The notes beneath the pieces were generated by a model. The model did not search any database. It was given only the letters and a program-made list of their open reading frames with translations, and was not told the DNA's origin. A stretch of DNA of 64,000 nucleotides from an uncultured Halobacteria archaeon. Its GTDB lineage: Bacteria; Pseudomonadota; Gammaproteobacteria; UBA9214. The stretch covers positions 273,214 to 337,213 of the forward strand of contig CAVYIJ010000001.1 of assembly GCA_963768575.1 (NCBI GenBank), in the 5' to 3' direction. Made by a program: the position numbers and the translations under genes. Each line of letters begins with the position of its first letter. Position 1 is the stretch's first letter. Of this stretch, positions 43,878 through 52,988 are shown piece after piece.

Positions 43878-44800
43878 AATGTTACCTCCGTTCCGCTGTT
43901 CTCATTCTGGATCATGCGCTCTACAAAAAATTCGACGTGCCCGCCTGCCTGTGCCGGATATGGCCATGACATCACCTGCCTGGCCAGATTGGTCAGCGCC
44001 ATGGCAGAACGGCTACAGGGAAAGGTACTGACGACCGATGCCCGCCCGGAGATGGCCTGTACCAGGTGCAAGTCGCGTGGAATAAAACCGGTGTAAGAAA
44101 GGGCCTGTCCATGGTTGTCGGCAAACTCATTCAGGAGTTTCCTGAATGTCGCTGCGCCCTCGCGCGCATTGCCCACCATGTTTGCCAGTATCCGGAACCT
44201 GTTGATTCCGTATTCAGTGGAAAGTATTTCTATCTGCGCGATACTTTCCGTTATCGACGCGGGTTCATTGCAGACAACGACAATAATTTCTGTGGCCGCA
44301 CGGCAGAAGCTTGCGATACATTCAGAAATCCCTGTTGCGGTATCGATGACCAGCGTATCCAGCGGCTTTTCCAGCCCGCTGAATGCCCGAACCAGCCCGA
44401 TACTTTCATGGCTACCCAGTTCCGCCAGTTGCCGTGCCCCGGACGCGGCTCGCACGACCATCAGGCCATCGGTTGTCGTCATAATGGTATCTACCAGCTG
44501 GCAATTCCCGTGGACCACATCGAACAGGGTCTGGCCGGGCTCAAGGCCCAGCAGAACATCGACATTTGCCATACCGAGGTCTGCATCCAGCAACATGGTC
44601 CTGCGGCCGGTACGAGCCAGCGCATGCGCAAGGTTCACGGAAATATTCGTCTTGCCCGCGCCGTCATTGCCGCCGGTAACAGCAACGACCTGTACCGGGC
44701 CGTGCTGGATATGCTGCGCCGCATCATCAGCCTGGCCCAGTTTCACTTCAGCCAGTTTCATGTTGCTCACTAAGGCATGCCCGCTGCGTCTGTTGTCCAT
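43874..44800 (-). CDS. fleN: Flagellar number regulator FleN/FlhG (MinD-type ATPase) with non-canonical Walker A
   Basis: Strong similarity to Pseudomonas FleN (VQVVAVTGG..GKTNISVNLA..LLDADLGMANVDVLLGL). 4-nt overlap with fliA. The start is uncertain (Met at 44800 or 44761). The deviant Walker A reads GGNDGAGKT in place of the usual GGKGGVGKT. Confidence 0.88.
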   Translation of the reverse strand: MDNRRSGHALVSNMKLAEVKLGQADDAAQHIQHGPVQVVAVTGGNDGAGKTNISVNLAHALARTGRRTMLLDADLGMANVDVLLGLEPGQTLFDVVHGNCQLVDTIMTTTDGLMVVRAASGARQLAELGSHESIGLVRAFSGLEKPLDTLVIDTATGISECIASFCRAATEIIVVVCNEPASITESIAQIEILSTEYGINRFRILANMVGNAREGAATFRKLLNEFADNHGQALSYTGFIPRDLHLVQAISGRASVVSTFPCSRSAMALTNLARQVMSWPYPAQAGGHVEFFVERMIQNENSGTEVTL

Positions 44801-45009
44801 CAATAGCTGTCCCGGATTGTCGGCAGGTGATTGCCTGCTAGACAAATTGCAACATGCATACCAAACCGCACAAATAACCGTGTAAGTGTCCCGAAGGATC
44901 ACAACTTATTGTTTTAACAGGGAGTTAACAGTGCATCGCGGGAGCGGCACACAAAAGGACTTACGTCACATTTTTGACAATTCGAACGAGCTGACGGGTA
45001 TTTGACAAG

Positions 45010-47274
45010 TTATGTGATGAATTTGTCGCCCGGAGTGTCTAGCAGGCAGGCGAAACGATCATCCGGGAGAGGTTCGCTGATATGGAATCCCTGTGCGCTG
45101 TCACAGCCGAGTTGATTGAGGATATTCAGCGCCATACTGTTTTCAACGCCCTCGGCAACAACCTTGTAACCCAGGTTATGGCCGAGATCGATTATCGATC
45201 GCACAATGGCGACATCCTGCTTGTCGAAGGCAACATCCGTAACGAATGACCGGTCAACTTTCAGGGTATGGATAGGAAGACGCTTCAGGTATGAAAGCGA
45301 CGAATACCCGGTACCGAAATCATCAATAGCGATAGTAACGCCGACATCACTGAGGCTGGCAAGTAATTCAGTGGCACGGCTGATATCCTGCATTAATGTA
45401 GCCTCGGTAATCTCAATCACCAGCTGATCACCATCAACCGAAGCTTCCTGCAATGCCAGCAGGATCTTGTCCAGCAAGCGCGGGTTCTGAAAGGAGCGCG
45501 CCGAAACATTAACAGAAACCGGAATCCTGTAGCCGCTGAACGACCATTGTCGACACTGTTTCAGCGCTGTTACCAGTACCCAGTCAGTTATACTTGTAAT
45601 CATCCCGAGCTGCTCCGCAACCGGGATGATGCGTTGCGGCATTACCAAACCTTCCAGCGGGTGCATCCAGCGTAACAGTGCCTCGGCACCGGTAATCATG
45701 GACGTTTCCAGATTGACCTGCGGCTGATAGTACAACTCGAATTCGTCATTTTCCAGCGCACTGCGGATCTGGCCCGAATAGCGCAATTGCTGCGCCTGAC
45801 TTACATCATTTGCAGGATCAAAATACTGATATGGCAGACCGTTGCGCTTGGCGCGATGCATGGCACTTTCCGCGTTGGCAAGCAATGATTCTTCATTGCT
45901 GCCATCTTCCGGGAACCGGGAGATGCCAAGCGTCAGGTTGACGCAAAGCTGCTTGTTCCGACACGCGAAGGGTATGTCGAACTTGTCGATTATTTCGGTA
46001 ATTATCCTTTCCGCAGCCTCTCGGGCATTATTTACCGGCTGCAACAGAATGCCAAACCTGTCCCCGCCGAGACGCGCAAGGGAATCCGATTCCCTGACAA
46101 TGGAGCGCAAGCGTGCAGCCACATCGCACAACAGCCTGTCGCCGATATCACGGCCCAGTGTGTCGTTGTACATTTTGAACTGGTTGATATTCAGTGAAAT
46201 CACCACAACCTGGGAGCCGGGGACACGTCTCGATGCGGCTAGCGCCATGTTTAGATGATCAGACCACAAAGCCCGGTTCGGCAGTCCGGTCAGCCTGTCG
46301 GCAGTCGACAAATGTTGCAACTGCTCCCGCTCGCATATCTGGTTCTGGATATCTTCCATCATGCAATGAATCATGGATGGTTTGCCGGGCTGCCCGGTTT
46401 CCGGGTATAACGACACCCGGTACCAGTGCATGTCGTCGTGTTCCAGCGACATCCTGACATCTGCCGTAGCAATGTGGCCACTAACCGCATCCTGCCAGGC
46501 AGACATTAACAGCTGCCGGTCTTCCTCGTGCGTGTCACCCATACAGGGCAGCGGTGATTCCATGCCGTTTTCATACCTCATTTGTAATCCATAATTGGCA
46601 TAGAGAATTCTGTTGGTATTGATGTCCACACTCCACATTATCTGCGGAATCCCTGCGAGCATATCCTCCGCACAACCCAGACGACTGGCGATATGGTCGA
46701 GCGTCAGGCGGTCATCTTCATGTACCTGCCGCCAGTATCCTTCCAGCATGATCCCCATCTCACGCAGCAGTAAACGGGTTAACAAGGTATCCAGGGCGGC
46801 CCTGTGAAGAGGATTGATTTCCAGAGCAGGTAGCGTGGTGTGTATATAGTTAATCAACAGGTTATACGCCCCAATCAACCATACGGGCCGGAAATTTCTC
46901 TGTAAATGCTGCCGACCGGCATTCAGAAGCGTCTCTTCGCGATGACAGGGATTTTCTGTAACGAGACTTTCCAGCAGGTTGCCAAGCTCGGCGCGCGCAA
47001 GCTGTCCGACATCACCGCCGTCCCGCTCGTAGGCATACAGCACATCAGCGATATCAGGATTGTCGAACAGGTAGTTGTAATAGATTTCGGCAAAGCCGGC
47101 GGTTCCCGCAGCCAGCTCGTCACGGTATTGATGCAACAGTTCCAGCTCATCGTCGGACAAACGCAGAACGTAAATATACTCGCGCGGGTGAAAGCGCAGG
47201 CCCGCGTGCGCACTGTTGCACTGCCTGGCCTCCATGCCGGTCGTTTGCCCCCTGGCTGTACTCTGTTCAGTCAT
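45010..47274 (-). CDS. Globin-coupled sensor / PAS / degenerate GGDEF (GGDRF) / EAL c-di-GMP phosphodiesterase
   Basis: 754 aa. The N-terminus has the globin-coupled-sensor proximal-His motif GRQHLQRNFRPVWLIGAYNLL. A PAS-like middle follows. The GGDEF-family domain has a GGDRF signature. The EAL domain is intact: EALLRW, DDFGTGYSSLSYL, EGVE. Confidence 0.85.
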   Translation of the reverse strand: MTEQSTARGQTTGMEARQCNSAHAGLRFHPREYIYVLRLSDDELELLHQYRDELAAGTAGFAEIYYNYLFDNPDIADVLYAYERDGGDVGQLARAELGNLLESLVTENPCHREETLLNAGRQHLQRNFRPVWLIGAYNLLINYIHTTLPALEINPLHRAALDTLLTRLLLREMGIMLEGYWRQVHEDDRLTLDHIASRLGCAEDMLAGIPQIMWSVDINTNRILYANYGLQMRYENGMESPLPCMGDTHEEDRQLLMSAWQDAVSGHIATADVRMSLEHDDMHWYRVSLYPETGQPGKPSMIHCMMEDIQNQICEREQLQHLSTADRLTGLPNRALWSDHLNMALAASRRVPGSQVVVISLNINQFKMYNDTLGRDIGDRLLCDVAARLRSIVRESDSLARLGGDRFGILLQPVNNAREAAERIITEIIDKFDIPFACRNKQLCVNLTLGISRFPEDGSNEESLLANAESAMHRAKRNGLPYQYFDPANDVSQAQQLRYSGQIRSALENDEFELYYQPQVNLETSMITGAEALLRWMHPLEGLVMPQRIIPVAEQLGMITSITDWVLVTALKQCRQWSFSGYRIPVSVNVSARSFQNPRLLDKILLALQEASVDGDQLVIEITEATLMQDISRATELLASLSDVGVTIAIDDFGTGYSSLSYLKRLPIHTLKVDRSFVTDVAFDKQDVAIVRSIIDLGHNLGYKVVAEGVENSMALNILNQLGCDSAQGFHISEPLPDDRFACLLDTPGDKFIT

Positions 47275-47565
47275 TATGTTGTTGCGCTTTTGTTTATTGA
47301 CCGGTGCAGGTAACGACTGTGCGCTTCTGCCCGATCTTTATGCTGCAAACAATAAAACAACCTGAAATTCCCGTCAGGGACATTCAGGTCAGACGAACAT
47401 TCACTGGTAACCGATAATTTGCCAGTATTTTCTTGTTTAATGTATTGTTCTAATGTGCGAAAACTATCACAGTCTGCCCGGCAAATAAAGCCGGCAAACA
47501 GCAAACGAGTAATAGTTTACGAATTAACGAAATTTGGAAGGGAATTGCCTGATAGTGTTTTAACG

Positions 47566-48987
47566 TCAGGGCTGACGCTGCATACCATATTTGCGCAGCT
47601 TCTCTACCAGGGTAGTACGCCGCATGCCAAGACGTTTGGCGGCATGGGCCACGACACCGCCTGAATCAGCAAGAGCCTGCTTGATATAGCTCACCTCAAG
47701 GCAACTCAAATGCTGCTTCAGATTCATGCCCGCACGTGGCAAGCGGGGGTCCAGATCATGTGATGTTACCGGTGAACCGACAAGTGCATCGACTGCCTGC
47801 TCCGTAACATCATCAGTATTCTGGCGAAATTTTTCCGGCAAATCACCGGCATCAACAACGCCGTACGGATGCAGAATCGCCATGCGCTCGATCAGGTTCG
47901 CCAGTTCCCTGACATTTCCCGGCCAGTTGTACTGACAGAGGGCATAAATGGCCCCCGGCGACAGGCGGACCGATCCACGTTTCTCATGCTCGATGCGGCG
48001 TACCAGCTCGTTGACCAGCAGCGGTATGTCTTCAACCCGCGCGGATAGCGACGGCATTTCTATGGGAAACACATTCAACCGATAGAAAAGGTCTTCGCGG
48101 AACTCGCCCTCCTCGATCGCCGCTTCGAGATTTTTGTGCGTGGCCGCAAGAATTCGTACATCAGATTTAATACTCTGGTTGGACCCGACCCGCTCAAAGG
48201 TGCGCTCCTGCAAAATACGCAATATTTTCACCTGCATCTGCAGGCTCATATCGCCTATTTCATCAAGAAATAACGTACCGCCTTCCGCCATCTCAAAGCG
48301 ACCCTGGCGATCATTGATCGCGCCCGTAAACGCCCCCTTCTGATGGCCAAACAATTCTGACTCCAGCAGATCAGCGGGAATCGCTCCGCAATTGACCGGA
48401 ACAAATGGCTTGTCGCGGCGGGATGAATAGTAATGCAGGTTTCTTGCAATGACTTCCTTACCGGTACCCGACTCGCCAAGTATCAGGACATTTGCATCGC
48501 TGTCAGCTACTTGCTGTATGAGTTTACGCACATCCTGAATAGCACGACTGCTGCCAACAAGGCTGCGGAACAGTTCTACCGGGCGCTGATCGGATGGTGT
48601 ACTCCGGTGGGATTGCGTATAGATTTCGGCCTGGTGCAATGCGTTGGTGAGATGCGTGTAATTCGGCGGTAATTCCAGACGCCCAAGGATGCATGATCCC
48701 GGGTCAATCGTAACTGTCGGCTCCTTGCCTTTTTTACTCAGCAGGTAAATCGGCAGGTGTTCGTCGAAGTTATGTATTTCGTTCAGGAGCGTAGCAAGTG
48801 AATGATCGGACTTGCATGAACCAAGCATGACAGCCTGTAGTTGCTCACCGTCTTCGATTACCTGCTGCCAACGTGTCGTATCGTCCACCAGCACCGGGTT
48901 GGAGCCGATAAACTTCAGAACGGATTGCAGCTCTTTTCCTGCAGCTGGATCAGCTTCTAGTACAAGTACCCTGGACTCTGTTTGCAT
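47566..48987 (-). CDS. fleQ: Sigma-54-dependent flagellar master regulator FleQ
   Basis: High identity to Pseudomonas FleQ across the AAA+ domain ([32 protein letters not shown]) and the C-terminal HTH. Start set at [13 protein letters not shown]. Confidence 0.92.
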   Translation of the reverse strand: MQTESRVLVLEADPAAGKELQSVLKFIGSNPVLVDDTTRWQQVIEDGEQLQAVMLGSCKSDHSLATLLNEIHNFDEHLPIYLLSKKGKEPTVTIDPGSCILGRLELPPNYTHLTNALHQAEIYTQSHRSTPSDQRPVELFRSLVGSSRAIQDVRKLIQQVADSDANVLILGESGTGKEVIARNLHYYSSRRDKPFVPVNCGAIPADLLESELFGHQKGAFTGAINDRQGRFEMAEGGTLFLDEIGDMSLQMQVKILRILQERTFERVGSNQSIKSDVRILAATHKNLEAAIEEGEFREDLFYRLNVFPIEMPSLSARVEDIPLLVNELVRRIEHEKRGSVRLSPGAIYALCQYNWPGNVRELANLIERMAILHPYGVVDAGDLPEKFRQNTDDVTEQAVDALVGSPVTSHDLDPRLPRAGMNLKQHLSCLEVSYIKQALADSGGVVAHAAKRLGMRRTTLVEKLRKYGMQRQP

Positions 48988-49439
48988 TCGGCTTCCTGGA
49001 CGATTTATTACCCTGGCCCCTGCGGAGCCGTAAGGCATTGAAACGTTCTTGTTAATCCCCTAGATTTGAGACGGATATTAACCAGTCCGTCAAGGTAATG
49101 TCAAAACCATCTGTGACCTGCGTTGCAAAAACTTCCGGCGTCCTCCCGCAGAATTTTACCTGTTGTAATCAAAACGATTTTCTGTTGATAAAAACCTGCA
49201 GAGCCGGGCCCCTATCAGCACGCCCGGCGAAGACAGGCGGTCGACTACAGCCGATCACCGGTCAGCCACACGCCAGGTATCCCCCGCGACACCCGCAAGT
49301 GAGAGGCGCGTGGCGGACAGACTGTCATAATTTTGCCACTTTGTGCGCGAGACCTCAAAACCGGGTTAAATCCGGTGATTGAACAGACGATATCTTAAAT
49401 GAGCCCGGCACAGACCGGAGGTAACAATGCTCAGGAATA

Positions 49440-49625
49440 TTGACCGACATTGCACAGGCAGAAAAGACAATAATGCTGATACCCAACGAACTAAAACCCG
49501 AATGTGATACCTGTCGTATCGCTGCCATACGCAGCCAGCTGGATGAGGATCAGTATATCGTCGATCCACAGCAGATAGCCAACAAGTTCATAGACCTCGA
49601 AGTTGCAATCTATGGGCACAATTAG
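49440..49625 (+). CDS. Possible FlgM-like anti-sigma-28 fragment (61 aa, TTG start)
   Basis: The C-terminal half, IAAIRSQLDEDQYIVDPQQIANKFIDLE, resembles the sigma-28-binding C-terminus of FlgM (..AIRNGELKMDTGKIADALI..). It lies near fleQ/fleN/fliA. It is short, with a non-ATG start and no clear RBS. Confidence 0.3.
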   Translation: MTDIAQAEKTIMLIPNELKPECDTCRIAAIRSQLDEDQYIVDPQQIANKFIDLEVAIYGHN

Positions 49626-49767
49626 CTCGAAGTGACCAATCCGGGTCATATCCTCTCAACGAATATTTCCGCCTGTCTGCCCGACTCGTCAATGGTACAG
49701 ACACTGCCCCTGATGCTAGAATAAGGCCGTTTATTCAACAGGCAGTAAACTGCCCGGAACCAGACAC

Positions 49768-49843
<76 letters not shown>

Positions 49844-49857
49844 TTTAACACTGTATA

Positions 49858-49934
49858 GCCCCGGTAGCTCAGCTGGATAGAGCAAGCGCCTCCTAAGCGC
49901 TAGGTCGGACGTTCGAATCGTCTCCGGGGCACCA
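49858..49934 (+). tRNA. tRNA-Arg (anticodon CCT)
   Basis: 77 nt GCCCCGGTAGCTCAGCTGGATAGAGCAAGCGCCTCCTAAGCGCTAGGTCGGACGTTCGAATCGTCTCCGGGGCACCA; anticodon loop CTCCTAA. Confidence 0.88.
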
Positions 49935-50424
49935 ACTAATTCCCCCGACCGTACAGACGGTTCGAACGTCCGACGTTTCTATCAGCCCCGTTCGACAAGC
50001 GGCGTAAGCCGCGCAGAACGTCGTCGCGAAGCGACGGCGGCCCCGAAGGGGTGAGGCCCAAAGGGCCGAATAATCGTCTCCGGGGCACCAACTAATTCCC
50101 CCGACCGTACAGACGGTTCGAACGTCCGATGCGAGGCGCATGGCGATGCGCCGAGTAGAATCAGTCCCGTTCGACAAGCGGCTTGTCGTTCCCGCGCGTC
50201 CCTGTGCTCCACGACATAAGTACATCCCTGTACAAAAGCCGCGCACGACTGCAGGGATGCAGGAGGTAGAGCAACGCAGGGAACAGTTGCCGAGAACGTC
50301 GTCGCGAAGCGACGGCGGCCCCGAAAGGGCTCAGGGCATCATGCCCTGAGTAGTATCGAGCCCGAATAATCGTCTCCGGGGCACCAACTAATTCCCCCGA
50401 CCGTACAGACGGTCCGAACGTTTC
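49916..50424 (+). repeat. Three direct copies of a ~60-bp unit (last ~20 nt of tRNA-Arg plus ~40 nt downstream) with partly conserved hairpin-rich spacers (att-site-like scars)
   Basis: Copies at 49916-49975, 50067-50129 and 50363-50421 share CGAAT(A)ATCGTCTCCGGGGCACCAACTAATTCCCCCGACCGTACAGACGGTTCGAACGT. Spacers share GAACGTCGTCGCGAAGCGACGGCGGCCCCGAA(A)GGG and TCAG(C/T)CCCGTTCGACAAGCGGC. Confidence 0.8.
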
Positions 50425-50426
50425 AT

Positions 50427-52640
50427 TCAAGTATTGCGCCGCGCGCCGATGACATTCTGCAACTGCCCGATCCGGGTCAGCACCCGGCTTAACTGGCCGA
50501 TATCGGTAATCTCCAGCGTCAGGTTCATACGCGCTATCCCGTCACTGGCATCCGTCCTGGTATTGGCGCCGACCAGGTTGACCTTTTCGTTCGCCAGCAG
50601 TGCGGTAATGTCACGCAACAAACCGGACCGATCGTATGCTTCTACGATGATATCGACCTGGTAGCCCGCTTCATCGGGCAGCCCCCAGTCGACTGCTATC
50701 AGGCGATCGCGATCGTCACCCTGGAGTCGCAGAATATTGCCGCAGTCCTGCCTGTGGATCGACACGCCACGCCCGCGCGTGATGTAACCGATAATGGGAT
50801 CACTGGGCACCGGCCGGCAACAACGTGCGGTCGTCGTCATCAGGTTACCGACGCCCTGGATATCAAATTCACCCGCTCCGGTGTCCCTTGTCTTGCGTCT
50901 GGTCCGCGACTGTTGCGGTTTCAGGGTGTCCTCACGAGGGATCAGCTCACTCAGGGAACGCGTCAGCTGGCCGGTCGTGATTTCGCTGCTGCCCAATGCT
51001 GCGAGAAACTCGTCAACCTGCCTGCCCCTGAAACGTTCCGCAATCTTTTCAACCGGAATATCCGAAATACCCACACGCTGCAGTTCCTTGTCCAGAATTG
51101 CACGTCCCGCAGCCAGGTTGTGCTCATAATCCTGACGCTTGAACCAGGCACGCACCCGTGAGCGTGCCCTCGAGGTATGCAGGTAGCCTAGGTGACTATT
51201 AAGCCAGTCTCTGCTCGGCCTGCCCTGTTTCGAGGTCAGAATTTCCACCTGTTCGCCATTGTTCAATTGCCAGGTCAAGGGCACTATCCTCCCGTTGACT
51301 TTCGCGCCACGGCAACGATGGCCAACCTCGGTATGCACCGCATAGGCAAAATCCAGTGGTGTCGCCCCCTGCGGCAGGTCTATGATCCGTCCCTGTGGCG
51401 TCAACACATAGACGCGATCCTGGAATGCTTCAGATTTGAACCGGTCAACGAAGTCGGCGGCTGTGCGCTCCTCTTCCTTCCATTCCAGCAACTGGCGCAA
51501 CCAGGTAATTTTCTCCTCGTACCCCCTGTCGGGGCCACCGCCTTCCTTGTAGCGCCAGTGTGCCGCAACCCCCAGCTCTGCATGACGATGCATTTCATAT
51601 GTTCTGATCTGCACTTCAAGATTCAGGCCGTCCGGACCGACCACAGCGGTATGGAGCGAGCGATAGAGGTTTTCCTTGGGGTTGGCGATATAGTCGTCGA
51701 ACTCTTTCGGGATATGGCGCCACAGGCCGTGCACGAGCCCGAGCGCTGCGTAGCAGTCTTTTTCCTCGTCGACCAGTATCCGCACGGCGCGCGTATCGAA
51801 AACCTGGTCGAAACTGAGATGTTTGCGCTGCATCTTCCGCCAGATACTGTAAATATGCTTGGTGCGGCCGGTAACAGTCGCATTAATACCGGCAGCTGCA
51901 AGTTCCTGCTCGATTATTTCGATAACGCGCAATATATAGGCTTCAAGTGATTCACGGTCCCCCTCCAGCTGTTTCGCGATCGACTGGTAGGCCTCCGGCT
52001 CCAGGTAGCGCATCGACAGGTCTTCCAGCTCCCACTTGATCTGCCAGATGCCAAGGCGATTGGCGAGCGGCGCGTAAATATCCAGCGTCTCCTGCGCAAT
52101 TCGTTTGCGGCGATCCGCGTCCAGGTGGGCCAGGGTTCGCATGTTATGCAGCCTGTCCGCCAGCTTGATCAATACCACGCGCACATCTTCCGCCATTGCA
52201 AGCAGCAGCTTGCGCAGGCTCTCGGCCTGGTCCGCCTGGTTGCCGTCCACGGTGTCTTGCTGGCGAAACTCTCCAATGCGCTCCATCTTGGTCACGCCAT
52301 CAACCATTCGCGCAATGGTCGGTCCGAAATCGTTACCCAGGTCGGTCAGTGTTATGGACGTATCCTCGACTACGTCATGCAGCATGGCAGCGACGAGTGT
52401 CTCGTAGTCAAGTTTAAGTTCATGAAGAATTTCAGCGACTGCCAGCGCATGCAGATAGTAGGGTTCGCCGGACTTGCGAAGTTGCGCATGATGCGCAGTG
52501 CAGGCAACCTCGATCGCACGGCTTAATGCTTCGCCATGCTCGGCGCTGTGCCCGGCCAGCAGTGCATCGACCCGCAATTGTGCGGTCGCATCGATGCATC
52601 CTGCTCCTGAGCCACCCTGATTGCCGGTCACTTCCACCAA
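50427..52640 (-). CDS. relA: RelA/SpoT-family (p)ppGpp synthetase/hydrolase
   Basis: 737 aa. HD motif intact (MLHDVVEDT). The synthetase region is very close to RelA (KHIYSIWRKMQRK...AELGVAAHWRYKEGG). TGS and ACT regions present. No rpoZ upstream. Confidence 0.9.
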   Translation of the reverse strand: MVEVTGNQGGSGAGCIDATAQLRVDALLAGHSAEHGEALSRAIEVACTAHHAQLRKSGEPYYLHALAVAEILHELKLDYETLVAAMLHDVVEDTSITLTDLGNDFGPTIARMVDGVTKMERIGEFRQQDTVDGNQADQAESLRKLLLAMAEDVRVVLIKLADRLHNMRTLAHLDADRRKRIAQETLDIYAPLANRLGIWQIKWELEDLSMRYLEPEAYQSIAKQLEGDRESLEAYILRVIEIIEQELAAAGINATVTGRTKHIYSIWRKMQRKHLSFDQVFDTRAVRILVDEEKDCYAALGLVHGLWRHIPKEFDDYIANPKENLYRSLHTAVVGPDGLNLEVQIRTYEMHRHAELGVAAHWRYKEGGGPDRGYEEKITWLRQLLEWKEEERTAADFVDRFKSEAFQDRVYVLTPQGRIIDLPQGATPLDFAYAVHTEVGHRCRGAKVNGRIVPLTWQLNNGEQVEILTSKQGRPSRDWLNSHLGYLHTSRARSRVRAWFKRQDYEHNLAAGRAILDKELQRVGISDIPVEKIAERFRGRQVDEFLAALGSSEITTGQLTRSLSELIPREDTLKPQQSRTRRKTRDTGAGEFDIQGVGNLMTTTARCCRPVPSDPIIGYITRGRGVSIHRQDCGNILRLQGDDRDRLIAVDWGLPDEAGYQVDIIVEAYDRSGLLRDITALLANEKVNLVGANTRTDASDGIARMNLTLEITDIGQLSRVLTRIGQLQNVIGARRNT

Positions 52641-52988
52641 GCCACCACCTGTTAGCGCCCGCCTGCGGCGATAGTCTGCGCCCTGCCCGGCGACTTCGCT
52701 ATGCAGGACGTTTTAAGGATCTGTTTTAATTGAGAATAATCGAATAAGGCTGCAACGGCAACAGGGCCACTGGAAGAGTCGGTTCACAGTTGCCGCAACG
52801 GCTACCTGGCCATGTCCGGCGATGAGACGACTGCTGGCGTGATTTTGCAGGCAGACGACTTGCCGTCGATCGGTGCAGCGTGTCATCACGCAGGTTGCCA
52901 GGCCGTATCAGGACATGGCTGTCGGGGCATTATCGAAGCGCCCTCCGGTCAGCCGCGCGGCCTGCCTGCCCGCCGGGCCTCCTGGTGG

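Noticed and set aside
44903-45009. Searched the fleN upstream region for a sigma-54 promoter (TGGCAC-N5-TTGC)
   Set aside because: No convincing match on the minus strand. Only weak GC-rich partial matches.
49916-50424. Integrated prophage or genomic island at tRNA-Arg
   Set aside because: att-like direct repeats are present, but there is no integrase, excisionase or cargo between them (only 150-300 bp spacers), and relA follows immediately. Reported as repeat scars rather than a mobile element.
49893-50430. ORFs 49893..50246 and 50161..50430 (minus), with a shared ETSDVRTVCTVGGISWCPGDD segment
   Set aside because: They arise from reading through the triplicated tRNA-Arg 3'-end repeat units. 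Identical peptide segments simply reflect the DNA repeats. No RBS or coding signal.
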